Assembly (NCBI GenBank): GCA_951406725.2
Contig: OX597819.1
Coordinates: 100,998,001-101,062,000 of the forward strand
Direction of reading: 5' to 3'
DNA from: Octopus vulgaris
Lineage: Eukaryota
DNA length: 64,000 bases
Shown here: positions 12,859 through 26,299 of the stretch, in pieces
Numbering within the stretch: the first letter of the stretch is position 1
Layout of the letters: each line of letters starts with the position of its first letter
Notes under the pieces: generated by a model
What the model was told of the DNA's origin: nothing
The model's input: the letters and a program-made list of their open reading frames with translations, nothing else
Databases searched by the model: none
Translations under genes and position numbers: made by a program

Positions 12859-13560
12859 CCTCAGTCTCGGGTCAAGCGTAGACCCTCAGTCTGGGTCAAG
12901 CGTAGACCGAAAAAGGACGCTTGGCATCTGGAGTGTCAGCAAGCGCTCACAGACCTCGGCCAGTCGCGTAATGCGGTCGGTGGATGTCCCACATTGGAGT
13001 ATAATAGGGGATTAGTGGCGGCCAAGTGCGACGACCTCTTCGAGGAAACAGTTCGTCGGGGAAATCAGTTACCTGGTCGTTTTCGGAAAATTTTCGAGGA
13101 GTATAGATAACTTTCAGAAAGCCCTGGCCTGGCAATGCTGCCGAGAAGGGACGGTCTTATGATTCGACTGAAGCTCTTCAGATGCAAGTGAGTCGTCAGA
13201 AGGACCTATCCAAGACGTGCTCAAAGCTATGAAAAGTGCTCATTCTATGTGGGCGCGTTTTTGACATATAGAGCTTTATCGGACAGTTGTTGTTGCGTGT
13301 AGGATGTATCGGGTTATCGGCCGAGACCACCGTCTTTCCGCAGCCTTCTTCTGGCGTCTAGCAAAAATTGTAGTGTGTTGGACGAGTTTGAAGGGATTGA
13401 TGACAGATACTTTCCTCTTCAGTGAGGCTTTCATCGACTTTTTCAAGTTTCACATGAAAGGAAAGTGAGGGATAAGTGCTGGGCCCCAGTATTTTTGCTG
13501 AAATCTCAGTGAATGTAGGGAGTGGGGACTATGTGAATGAGGGGGGGGATCCATATGAGA
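12859..13560 (+). pseudogene. 3' remnant of a Tx1/L1-clade LINE
   Basis: Decayed zinc-knuckle region near 13200 and C-terminal (W)TSLKGLMTDTF...IDFFKFHMK, similar to 33110-33240. Confidence 0.5.
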
Positions 13561-13993
13561 GCTTCTCTCAAGTTCAATAACGCAGTATTCGCTGTTCTAA
13601 CTTAACATCCACGTTAAGCTGGATATAATGATTGCCTTTTATTATCATTCTTATTTTCCTTCAGCTGCTGTTTTTGATATTTCTTGAGGTTTAACTCTAG
13701 GCCACTTCTACATTTTATATAACCATATATAACAGCGGTGGTGCCCCAGCATGGCCGTGGCCGCGGCCTTCAGGTTAAAACATTTTTAAGGATTTAAGGA
13801 TTTATATTGATTCAGTAGTCCATCTGCGGCCATCAGAACTGTTTAGCGACTTTAGTCACAACTTCTTGGTATGTGTTCAAGATAAAAAAGGGAAAAGACA
13901 AGAAAAAACCCCCCAGTAGAATGGGATTTGAGGGGCATTTTGACAATTGTCTTTAGCAGCTATATCAAACACATCTATGTTCATTTATCTCTT

Positions 13994-13994
<1 letters not shown>

Positions 13995-14076
<82 letters not shown>

Positions 14077-14126
14077 ATGGCAACAGCAGCAGCAGCCGCA
14101 GCAACAGCAGCAGTAGCAGCAGTATC

Positions 14127-14166
<40 letters not shown>

Positions 14167-14293
14167 ATTACTATTGTTGTTTTCTGCGTAAGAGTTGTTA
14201 TGCTGGTATCAGTGGTTGCAGCTTTGATTATATTGGTGTTGGAAATGGTAACGGTATTGCTGGCGTTGCTGTTATTATTCTTGTCGTTGTTGA

Positions 14294-14348
<55 letters not shown>

Positions 14349-14365
14349 GGTGGTGGTGGTAGTGG

Positions 14366-14411
<46 letters not shown>

Positions 14412-14430
14412 GGTGGTGGTGGTGGTGTTG
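13995..14430. repeat. Compound trinucleotide array (AGT)n/(AGC)n/(GTT)n/(GGT)n
   Basis: Direct reading; the (GTT)n(GGT)n block occurs twice. Confidence 0.95.
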
Positions 14431-15007
14431 GCTATAATTATTGTTTTTCCATGAAGCAAATTTTGGCAACATGAATCCTAAGTTTCTGGCCATGAAATTA
14501 ACCAATCTACTCTCTGCTATTTCGTTCTCCTTATTTTCAACTACCTCCCACCAACACTCTCACCCGTGTCAGCAACTGTGTGGATGTAAGTCTGTATGTG
14601 TGTAAAGAAACATATAGACAAACTAAACATATTATTACATACACATAACACATACATATAAGCATGCATATTTATCCGCCGATCCTAGCTTAACGTAATG
14701 GTGTAATATTTCACTTCTACATCGTGTTCGGTATTTCCCTAATCAGAATAACCAGAATAAAAATGAGGGGATAAATATATGACCCCTGCGTATCCGATGT
14801 GTAAAGCCTAATGTCGAATACTTACATATGTTTGTGAGTGCATGTATGTGTGTTTATATAATACATATAGATGTATTTACATACATACATACATGCATAC
14901 ATATATATTTATATATAGAAATATATGTATGCATGTTTGTATGTATGTATGCATGTATGTATGTATGTAAGTCTCTTTATCTATATCTATCTATCTATAA
15001 ATCTTTC

Positions 15008-15058
<51 letters not shown>

Positions 15059-15095
15059 GAATGGAGTTGAACGACGAATTAACAAAATTCCTTTA

Positions 15096-15178
15096 TTTTC
15101 GAAATATGTTTCGAAGGCTGCATATTCCTAATTGCGAAGGAATGAGGAGTACATTATGCCGCTTTCTCATCAGGAAAA
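15096..15178 (-). ncRNA. Hammerhead motif, left-arm copy with stem III mismatch
   Basis: ttttc-CTGATGA-gaaagcggcata...tatgcagccttc-GAAA-catatt-TC-gaaaa. Confidence 0.7.
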
Positions 15179-15570
15179 GCAAGGAACTTATGTCAACATC
15201 AAAATGCACAAAAAACTTTTAGATGATTCCTCACACGGAGCCCATAGCGATAATGTGTGTCTCTTTAAAATATTCCTTTATAAGGAGTGACGTCAAAATA
15301 GTTGGATGTAGAAGATTCTAGAAGGTTCTAAAGGTTCAAGGGTTCAAACGAAGTTGGAGGAGAGAGGCATAAGAATAGGAAGGTGAAAGGGTGCAGGTCA
15401 TATGAACCCTTGAACCTTTAGAACCTTCTAGAATCTTCTACATCCAACCATTTTGACGTCACTCCTTCTAAAGGAATATTTTAAAGCGACACTCATTATC
15501 GCTATGGGCTCCGTGTGAACAATCATCTAAAAGTCTTTTGTGCATTTAAATGTTGACATAAGTTCCTTGC

Positions 15571-15653
15571 TTTTCCTGATGAGAAAGTGGCATAATGTAC
15601 TCCTCATTCCTTCGCAATTAGGAATATGCTGCCTTCGAAACATATGTCGAAAA
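15571..15653 (+). ncRNA. Type I hammerhead ribozyme with canonical core
   Basis: ttttc-CTGATGA-gaaagtggcata...tatgctgccttc-GAAA-catatg-TC-gaaaa; palindromic stem III ACATATGT; GUC site at 15646-15648. Confidence 0.85.
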
Positions 15654-16494
15654 TAAAGGAATTTTGTTAATTCGTCGTTCAACTCCATTCTTTCATATAC
15701 TTATATTTTTAAAATAAACATACAAATTTCCACACGAAAGCACGTAATCTATGCCCTAGGCGCGTAACTTCAACCGTGAGTTGATGTGAATTTGCTACCC
15801 AGGTATCGGTTAATTCGAATTATCCATAATAAGATAATTCATTCAACTACTCAAATATATATATATTATATATGTATGGGGTAATAATAGCTGTTTAGAA
15901 TTCCCTATATATATCATCTCTGTATACACGCACACACGCACGCATACGAAAAAATATATATGTAGATATATATAAGATTGTTCTACCTAAATTACTCCTT
16001 GGCATGTATTCAAGCATCCCAATTTTTATTTTCCTAGCAGAGTCCTATCAATACCATTTTTCTCTATTGTTTACACATCTGATCTATGCAATATTACTTG
16101 TTTTTTAAACATAGTGTGACCGCTTTATTTTTTTTTTCCTTTCTAATGGATATATGTTCCAGAATATATATTCCAAACGCTTCTAATATCAGCAACTGTT
16201 TAAGGCCGTTCGTCAATCTTCGGTGAAATAGTTCAATTCGCAATGATTGTGTTACTAAGACGTAGACTTACACAACACGAGATGTGTATGCAATGTTTTG
16301 ACCCTTCAAGGCCTTTGAGCCTTGAAGTCTTGTACCATACTTTGTATTTTTGAGGCTCAAGACTTTACATACATCCTTCGTATATATCATAACTTGATAT
16401 TGTGTGAACTGAGATCCGTGTTGGCAGGTCGCTTATATCAAATATAATGATTAATGTTAAACAATAATAGATTGCATAGTATGCAAACTAGTAG

Positions 16495-16900
16495 CTTCTG
16501 TGCTCTCAACCACACTCAGGAAATACAGCAAATCTGGACTCATAAGAGAATATGACAGTGTCCCAAAATGCTAGTGGTCATTCCACCATCTCATTGGCCC
16601 AATCTTTTCTCCGCTTAATGCTAGCTGGTCGAAGAAGTGGCTTCCTTCCTACTGTTCTGCCATAATAACCAAGTTTGTGGAGGCACGTGACAGCTGTTCT
16701 GGGACTGATGTAAAACTTATCTGCTATGTCAGAAGACTTGTAACTAGAATTATCCTCCACACTTCCCTTAGCAAAGAGAAGGGTCCTCTCTAATGGCCCT
16801 GGTTGATTAGGGCGAGGTGATGTGGACTCCTTTCGTTCTTTGGTTGATTGCACAATCATCCTGTTAACTGTAGAAAGCGGGATCCCACAGCTTCCTTTGT
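16495..16900 (-). pseudogene. Tc1-family transposase remnant
   Basis: LHKLGYYGRTVGRKPLLRPASIKRRKDWA...FWDTVIFSYESRF (Tc1 KPLL and FSDESRF motifs), with stops. Confidence 0.85.
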
Positions 16901-17016
16901 AGATTGCATGATTAAACAGTCACTTATAGGACCTGAAACATAAAAGTTAGAATAAGCATAAAACAATGTTTTATGGTGTGTCTATTTACTTCTGTCATAT
17001 CTTTGATGTGTGCGTG

Positions 17017-17116
<100 letters not shown>

Positions 17117-17124
17117 TATTATTG

Positions 17125-17158
<34 letters not shown>

Positions 17159-17205
17159 TAGATAGATAGTAGGTAGATAGATAGATAGATATGTATGTGT
17201 GTGTT

Positions 17206-17241
<36 letters not shown>

Positions 17242-17247
17242 GAGAGT

Positions 17248-17400
17248 AGTTTCAATTCTCAGACCTGGTGGTGAGTTGTGTTCTTCAGCAAATCACTTCA
17301 TCTCACGTTCCTCTGCGACTACTTCTCGACACCTGAGTGATACACCGTGAACCTGTTCAAGGAACGTTAATTTGATGAAGAGAATGGCCGTAGTCTAATG
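17248..17400 (+). mobile_element. Decayed SINE family C fragment
   Basis: ttgtgttcttcagcaaatcacttcatctcacgtt matches the reverse complement of 43905-43935. Confidence 0.55.
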
Positions 17401-17589
17401 ACTGAAAGTTGTAAACGAGCAAACAGATAAATTTAAACAGAGCTATTTGTTATCTTCCATATAACAACCTTGATTTATTGTGCTTAGATTTCCTGTGAAT
17501 GTGTGGGCATGTGTGTGCATATGTGATAGATATTTTTTATCTTTAATTTCTTTCAGACATGAGGCCCCTGAAAAAATCGCTCCTAATAC

Positions 17590-17885
17590 TTTATTCATAG
17601 CCAGGTGTTATTTTGTCGGTCTCTTTTGCCAAACCGTTTGTCAAGCGGAGGTGGAGAATAAACAAACACCGAGATACACGCGTGTGCAAACAAACACATA
17701 TATATATATACGTGGGCACATACATAAATGTGTGTGTGTGCGTGCTTGTTTATGTGTGCGAGTATGCCTCTTTATCTGTGTGTGTGTGTGTGTGTGTGTG
17801 TGTTAGCCAGATATATTATCCGTCGCTTTTGCCGAACCGTTTGTCAAGCGGTGGTGGGGAAAAGACACAAAAACAGACACAGCCG
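17590..17885 (-). mobile_element. Two partial SINE family A 3'-half fragments
   Basis: ttttgcc(g/a)aaccgtttgtcaagcgg(a/t)ggtgg occurs twice with the same internal deletion. Confidence 0.65.
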
Positions 17886-17912
17886 CACATGCATTCAAAG
17901 ACACACACATAT

Positions 17913-18022
<110 letters not shown>

Positions 18023-20670
18023 ATCTATAGGTGTTTACAAGCTCAAATGTGTGTGTACGTGCGTGCGTACGAGCATGTGTATGTCTATGTGCAACCATGT
18101 GTGTATGTGTATGTGTGTGTGTAATTAATTTCTAGACCAACGACTAGCAACAACGTTTCATAAAAATCTTCGATGAATATTTTGATAATGCTGCTTCTTA
18201 CGCTGACCAAGCTGCTACTTTTCCTCATGCTGTCTTTACTGGTGTTACTGCTGATGTTCCTTTCACCGGCGGTGTTGCTGCTGCTGTTGTTGTTGTTGTT
18301 GTTGTTGTTGTTGGAAACCGGACACTTTTGATCTCTACAGGAATTGGGTTCAAGAAATTTCATTGAAACACCATTTGTAATTTATTAGATGAAAGCTGTA
18401 GTGGTTGTGAAAGAGCGTTCTGATAATTATTGCTTGGCCTCCCTGGAGGTAAAAACTCAGGAAATGGTGCCGGGGTGTGTAGTTCACTGACATCTTAATT
18501 TGAAATCTTCCTTCCGATATCATGTTATACTGGAACTTCAGCTTTGTCTTTATTGATTGGTTGTCATTGCAAGTCAACTGTGATTGTTCTTTCAGATGGA
18601 TGCTCCATCTTCCTCTCCCCACTCTGTCTCTCTCCACCTCGCTCTCTTTCTGACTTTCTTTCTTCATTCTTATCTCTTATATATTCTATTTCTCTATTCC
18701 ATTTTTATCTCTTTCTTTCTCTCTTATACATACATCCAAATACAAACATGCACACACATACACATACTAGCAAACGAACTATCTCTTTCACAAGCACACA
18801 CAGACACAGACACAGACACCCACACACACCCACACACACAAGCACACACACACACACACACGCACACACACATACAAGCACACACACTGTCACGTACATG
18901 CACACATTCTCACTGTGTGTGTCTACGTTCGTTTTTACTTGTGTTTGATAATTCTTATTGAAAATCTCTATAAGGTGATTAGCTGATGTATATCCTTAAA
19001 ACTGGCAGCAAAATATCACCAACAGAGGATCGAACCTAGAGTTAGAATCTATGTTGACTTTTTAAAAATCTAGTTGTTCTTGTTAATGTATCAACGTTTT
19101 TATCATCTTTAAGATAATGAATAAAACTTACATAATATACTTACCAACTTACATATTTACTATGGGGCATAATCTAACGACAATTTTTTCCACTCTTCTC
19201 GGGTCTGGGCTGTCATTTCTGCGTTTTGGCTTTGCCTCAATATCCCGCCTACATCTATTTTAGAGAGTTCTGTCTTCCGCATCTCCTGTGAGCATAAGTT
19301 TTTTATTGAAGTCCTTTATATTCCAGATCCCTCAGTTGTTTTGAATTGTCGTCAAGACTTTTGTAAATATGTTTCATATAAGTTAGAGATGTTAGTCGTA
19401 CCGAAACCCATCTTTACCTTTGGGAAATGGTGGTCCATATTGGTCTGGCCTGAATCATTTGATCTCTCCAACAGTAGAGGCGCTATCAGGAGCCTGCTCT
19501 GCGCAGGCATCGTTCTCGGGGGTTATTGAGGTACACACCATTAACAACAAGGACTGGCCCTTGTGGTGCAATTGATACATGCGTAATTAAATGTATGAAT
19601 ATATCAATGAATGAACTTCTTTGAACTGTGACCAACATGGGCTTCGTTTCTGCTTGGGTTATTCACTTCACATATTTCTCAATTTGGTTTGAATCCATCA
19701 TAAGATAATAAGGAATTAGCGAGTAAGTATGATGACATTAGATTCTAAGGAATTTAATGTCATCATAAATATATTCAGTTTTTAGTTCGCTAATATATTT
19801 TATATTTCGTGATTTTAAATATTTTAGATTTTGAATTAATCAGGTTATTTAATGAGATCCGTAACAATATATGTAACGATGACTATTGATAAATATCCGA
19901 TTAGCGTTGCTTTTATATGTGAAATTTTGACGTATTTTGCGCAGGATTGGAGGGACTCTTGATAATTAATCCTTTTGCCATACAAAGGCTATAGCTGCTT
20001 CGACATTACAAGAAATTTTTCAAACACATCATTGCTTTTTACACCATATAAATTATTTTACCCTAATAAAGTCGCAGGGTTCATCCGCTTCTTATGAAAT
20101 ATCAATCAACTAACCTATGTATCTCTAAATCTTTGTTTCTGTATTCTTAAGGCAAGTGACAAAAAGTGTTATTTTCAGTGTGAATGAGGCACGAGAGACG
20201 TAGATTTTACCTGTACTTTTATAATTGAATTTAAGCGTTCAACCAGTCATTTCCAACGTTTTGACAGTAGTTCCCAACAGTGGTTCCCAACCCTTTTTAT
20301 TTAAATGAATTTACCCACGGGCACCTTTTTATATGCTTATCCTTACGTAAGTATATATATAATGGACTCTTCCGTCGTTACACGACGTATGAAGGTTCGA
20401 CAATTTCTTACCCAATAACCACACACACGATTTTAGAGAAGTCAAATGTTTGTGTAGACATAATCTCACTCTCCCCATCAAATCGACATTACCTGTACAT
20501 GTGCAACTGGGTGCTACATGTGAGATGTCGAAAGGATTACAGAGCAACGTGAAATGAAGTGATTTGCTCCAAAACACACACATTTATATATGTATACACA
20601 TACACACATATCTCTCTCTATATATATGTATATACACACACACATATATATATATATGTATATACACATG

Positions 20671-20702
<32 letters not shown>

Positions 20703-20840
20703 CACAACTACCTCGAACACACAAGTGCAAACAAGGGAGTCAGAGAAAGGCAGAATGCCACTTAAATCTGAACACTACTATAGAAATATTCTTTTAAAAA
20801 AACTTTTCTTCTAATTTTTCTAAATTTAATTATTTAATCG

Positions 20841-20884
20841 TTACAGTTGAAAAGGTCTCAAAATGACCGAAACCGGTACTGAAA
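20841..20884 (+). ncRNA. Minimal hammerhead motif with U3-A8 core
   Basis: ttacag-TTGAAAA-ggtc tcaaaat gacc-GAAA-ccgg-TA-ctgaaa; palindromic stem III ACCGGT. Confidence 0.65.
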
Positions 20885-21349
20885 TGTTCACTATAAAATT
20901 ATTTTAGCATTTTCTATTTTTTACTTGTTTTTTCATATATATATATATATATACATATATATACATAAATATATACACACTTCTATATATATACATATAT
21001 GTATATATTTACACATATATGTATGTGTATATAAGTATATGCATATATAACAGAATGTGTGTGGTTGTATTGTTGAGTGGACATGATTTCTTTCTTTCAG
21101 AATCCGTGTACTATATCTGTGCCTAACAATACCATCTATATGTAACCATTAGTGGCCTGAAGAGGTTGGATTCTCTGAAGTATGTTGGATTGACAGGAAA
21201 AATCTTTCAAGGTTGCCAACCATTTAGAGTATCTTTGAGAATTTTGTGTGTAGTACATATTGACAATAATATTGTAGGATAATGTCTTAATTGTGTGTGT
21301 GTTTGTATGTGTATGTGCTATGGCGTTAGCCACTACACACATATATATA

Positions 21350-21763
21350 GGCGCAGGAGTGGCTGTGTGGTAAGTAGCTTGCTAACCAACCACATGTTTC
21401 CGGGTTCAGTCCCACTGCGTGGCATCTTGGGCAAGTGTCTTCTGCTATAGCCCCGGGCCGACCAATGCCTTGTGAGTGGATTTGGTAGGCGGAAACTGAA
21501 AGAAGCCTGTCGTATATATGTATATATATATATGTATGTGTGTGTGTGTTTGTGTGTCTGTGTTTGTCCCGCTAGCATTGCTTGACAACCGATGCTGGTG
21601 TGTTTACGTCCCCGTCACTTAGCGGTTCGGCAAAAGAGACCGATAGAATAAGTACTGGGCTTACAAAGAATAAGTCCCGGGGTCGATTTGCTCGACTAAA
21701 GGCGGTGCTCCAGCATGGCCGCAGTCAAATGACTGAAACAAGTAAAAGAGTAAAGAGTAAAGA

Positions 21764-21764
<1 letters not shown>
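21350..21764 (+). mobile_element. Full-length tRNA-derived SINE family A
   Basis: A box tggctgtgtggt, B box gggttcagtccc, internal (TA)/(TG) tract, tail ccagcatggccgcagtcaaatgactgaaac(aagagta)n. Confidence 0.92.
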
Positions 21765-21802
<38 letters not shown>

Positions 21803-22424
21803 CATATCAAAGGGAAATGGAATTTAATTAAATGTAAAATATTCAATCAAAATTTACATTTCCAGTGGTCTAACGTGCAACAAAAATTAGTCAAGAAGAC
21901 TATATATTAGCTATGATCAATTACTACGTTCATGAAAGTCTAATCTGTTCGTACCATCTTCGATTACATGACTACAATACACTTAAGTCCTTCTTACGAC
22001 GATGTTCTGATGTGAAGGGAATTAGCTACTGTTTCTAACGGGTCTGGTGAAACTACAATGGTTTTCATTCACTCTTATTTTAAATTGAGAAAAAAGTAAT
22101 ATCAACCGTATTTTACTTGTGTTGAGTTAGAAGGGACGTATATTACGCTTTTAATTTTAATAAGAACAACATCGCAAAAAATACCCCAAATTTGAGCTGA
22201 TTTTTCTTCAACCAACAAACCTATACTTTAATTCATTCAGTTACGTTTTAATAACTTGAAGAGAGAAAAGAAACAGGTGAGGTTTGTGAGCTAAATAGAA
22301 ACGGTGATGGTATAACAATGAGAGAGAGAGAGAGAGAGAGAAAGAAAGAGAGATAATATAAAACGACGGGAAAGACAGATAGGAAGAAATACAGAGAAGA
22401 GATATAGGAAAAGAGGAGAAAGAG

Positions 22425-22492
<68 letters not shown>

Positions 22493-23029
22493 AAACAGAA
22501 ATAAAGAATTAGAATTATGTAGGAGGATGAAAGTATAAAAGAAATATATCAACAGAGGAAGAGAAGAGAATTAAAAGAACCAGCCACACCCCAGCCACAA
22601 TTCACCAAAAGTTGCAAATCAAAGTCGGGAGAATATGTTGGATAACGAGCTAATTAATGCCAGAAATAGCAATAGGAACCATCATAAATATGAAGAATCT
22701 TCTAGATGTGTCAAAGACACCGATATTATTTATTTTGCTTTTTTGGCTTTTGTTTTGGGTTTTGGTTTTTACGAATGAGGAATGATATGGAGAAACCCCA
22801 AATTACAAACGTTTACAATGAATGAGTTTAGATTTGTTTTGTCTTATCTTTGTGTTTTTATTGTATTTTTCTTTTGTTTTTGTTTCAGAATTTCGTCCCA
22901 AAAACGGTAATTAAGATTTAATGATCTAATATTTTAGATCACTAAATCTCAGATTTTTCCATTCCATGAGGCTGATAGTTCTGTTATTAATTTTGCTGCT
23001 GTTGCTGGTGGTGGTAGTGTTCATGACTA

Positions 23030-23098
23030 TGATGATAATGATGGTGGTGGTGGTTACGATTGTGTTGGCTGTAATGGTAACCAGGATTATAATGACGT

Positions 23099-23151
<53 letters not shown>

Positions 23152-23290
23152 AAGTTACTGGTGTTGCTGGTGGTGATGTTGCTGATGGTGATGGTGGTGT
23201 TTGTGCTGGTGGTGGTTGTAGCGGTGCTAGTGATGATCAGGATCATGATAATCCTGATGATCAGGATAATGATGAACATGATGTTGGTGG
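23030..23290. repeat. (GAT)n/(GGT)n low-complexity array
   Basis: Direct reading. Confidence 0.9.
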
Positions 23291-23710
23291 CGATTGAGAC
23301 GATTGGAAAGGGTTATAAGGATAATAATGAGTATAATCATGGCTCTCGCGAGCGAGATCTTGTAGCTTACAGGATTTATTCAGTATTTATTGTTAAATAC
23401 TGATGCATATGAGATTTGAACTCCGAACATAAAGACACAAATCTACATATAGTAATACATTTCGTTATGATTCATCAATCTGTATCATCTTAAATCATTA
23501 GCTTCTACTTTTTCCGATATGTTATCCGTTACCATGCAATGTATTCCAGTTGTATTTAACCCATCGGTTGTCCCTTGGGTAAAAATAGAGGGGGCAATTC
23601 AGCTGCATTAAAGGCCAACTCTCCGGCTTTGAAGATAAAGTTTCCCTTCCTTCCACCCGTCGTGACTGTCCTGCGGGGTCAGTGGCATAAACTACACTCC
23701 TGACTAAAAC

Positions 23711-23766
<56 letters not shown>

Positions 23767-23771
23767 AATGC

Positions 23772-23847
<76 letters not shown>

Positions 23848-23987
23848 CTATCTATCTCTCCCTCTCTCTATATATATATATATAATGAAAAAAGGGGAGA
23901 AAAGACACAAGAGGAAAACAACTACGTGAGGACGTCGTACATGGATAGTATTAATAAGACGCTCGGAGAAGGGAAGAAGGAGTGGTT

Positions 23988-24022
23988 GTTTTACGTTTCG
24001 AGCAAAGCTCTTCTTCGGAAGC
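23988..24022 (-). ncRNA. Ultra-minimal hammerhead motif (U4C core)
   Basis: gctt-CCGAAGA-a-gagc ttt gctc-GAAA-cg-TA-aaac; stem III reduced to ACGT; inside a 200-bp insert flanked by (TA)n. Confidence 0.6.
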
Positions 24023-24133
24023 GGGAGACAGGAAAGTCCATAAGAAAAAGAAGAAGGAGGAAAAAGTCGCCAACAGCTCACGTGTAATATATATATACAC
24101 ACACATTTATATATATATATACATACGCATACA

Positions 24134-24174
<41 letters not shown>

Positions 24175-26299
24175 GTACATGTGTGTGTTTTTGTGTGTGT
24201 GCATGTGTGTGTGACAGGTGTGTGCGTGCACACCAGTCTTACGATCATGAGTCCAATACTCCTAATCTCTAAGCCACGCACCTACACAGTGATCATTACC
24301 ATTACCATACCACCACTACCACCTCCTCCACCATTCACAACCACTATCGTCATCATCACAATCAACAGCAGCAGCATCTGAAAGACGGTTAATTGACAGA
24401 ATCTGTAGCGCGTGAGAAAATGTTTTGTGTCATTGGTTCTGCATCTGCACAATGAGCACAAAATCTTGCTAAGATCGACATTTCTTTTCCATCCTCTCAA
24501 AGTGGATAAATATAGTAACAATCACTTCGTCGTCCAGTTTTTCGCTTTCATTGAAGGGGTGCTAGTAAGAAGCGTTCTCAGTGTTCCCACAATCCCTTTC
24601 ACCACTGGTCTGTGGGACACTCGATGAATGTGATGACAATGACGAATGGATAAATTCATGTCTTATGGCATGAACTATGCGTCACCTACTCTCATTCATA
24701 CTATAAAAGTCTTCCTTGGTCTACCTCAGCCACAATTACTTCTTCAGCCAACTCATAATGAATCATCCCCTTCACTGCTAATATCAGGTAATGTACCCGA
24801 TCACAGCTTCATTACTATTATGTTTAGACTTATGCTCAGAGGGATACGAACTACTGAGATTTCGGATGGATTTCTGATATTGAAAAGCCTCTGGAAATAC
24901 CAAAAAGCCGTAGACATACAACTACTGAGTGTTTAGCACACCGATTAACTCCTCATCCTTAGAACTCAACATGAGAACTGTATTTCGTGCAACAACTTCT
25001 TCCTTATGTAGCAAAAAGTGGAGGGTAAGTATGATTTTACCTTTCATCCTGACCAGCCAAGAAAGGAATCTATGTTTGTGTTTTCCTTGCTATCATTTGA
25101 ACCTACATTTCTTCAAAAAACAATTTCCGTTAAATAATATATCAAGATAGGGTGGTCAGAAATGTAATGCTTTTGATCGAAAGCCTTCTTGACCCTCGTT
25201 AATCTATGTTAAACAACTTCAACAGTAGCAGATAAAACTATAGATCCCTAGGAAAAAAGTGACTGTTTGTGACAGGAAATAGAAGCACAAAATTTCAAAC
25301 ATAAAATTAATTATTTTGCCCAGAAAATCTAGGGAAGTCAAACGTTTCAGACGTAATCTTTAATTATGTTTTATGTTGCTGATATATTCCTGATATTCTC
25401 AGTAGACGCATACCACCTCAGTAGGCGCATTCGAAGCTATACCCACCAGTGGAATTGGAATGAGCATTGGAAAATAACAAATGTAAAGACAATGAGGTAA
25501 TATTTCGTATGCTTGACTTTGTCAAACTATTACTAACCTATGTATCACATTTGTTCCTTAAATATACTGGAATACTTTCAAGAATATTTCAAGAATAAAC
25601 AACTTACACCAGTATTAATTCTACCTCCTCAACAAGATACGAACCACTGTCATGTCGGCCGTTTGTTCAATGTGCTTTTAAGATGATTATCAGCTGTGTT
25701 CCAATAAATAAAATAATTACCATAAACCATTTTGTGATTTGCTAGTAAATTTTCCAGTAGTAAAATCTATTCTTCGTAAATACTTCTCTTAAAAAAACTT
25801 TCATTTTTTTTTTCATTTAATCTTTCTTTTTGCTTCTAGTTTATCGATCATTTGATTTTACTATTTTAGTCCTTTATTCATTTATTTATTCAATTTTTAT
25901 TTATTTACTTCCAATTTAATTTATTTTTAATGTGGAATTGATGTTAAATGGATGAAAATATAGCTGCCGTGTCCATGTACGTGTAATGAAGTGTATGAAC
26001 ATTTAGATGTAGTTTCTCGCTTCACTGAACAGGAAAAAACCCATAATTCTTTGCATCTGTCTCTGATGTTAAGCACATGTCCAGGTGGTAGAAGTTGTTA
26101 GTTAGTCTGGTGTGGGCCACAATTCACGTCTACATACAATAACTTTTGGTTAGACGAGGCAATCAAAGAACTATCACCTCTCACACGCAATATATTTGGC
26201 AACGAACAGCGGAGAAACGAAATACCCGGAGGTAATAAACCGAGGCTGTTATTACCACGACGGTAACTGAGTTAAGTGTGTTCACATCCGGTGACAGAT

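Larger units (their letters stand above)
15051..15698. mobile_element. Long inverted repeat (296-bp arms, 56-bp spacer), PLE-type inverted pseudo-LTR
   Basis: 15051-15346 is a near-perfect reverse complement of 15403-15698; each arm carries an HHR; starts in (TA)n. Confidence 0.85.

Noticed and set aside
13947-14505. Poly-S/V/G and poly-T/N/Q ORFs on both strands
   Set aside because: Compound trinucleotide repeat, open in several frames by composition.
19180-19560. Possible RTE-like LINE 3' remnant (also 24650-25130)
   Set aside because: Only a GRP-like trace; too decayed to support.
21150-21195. ctgaagaggttggattctctgaagtatg
   Set aside because: GAAG instead of GAAA, and no stems I or III.
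21350-21430. tRNA-like sequences at SINE heads
   Set aside because: A/B boxes run straight into SINE bodies with no complete cloverleaf, so these are not tRNA genes.
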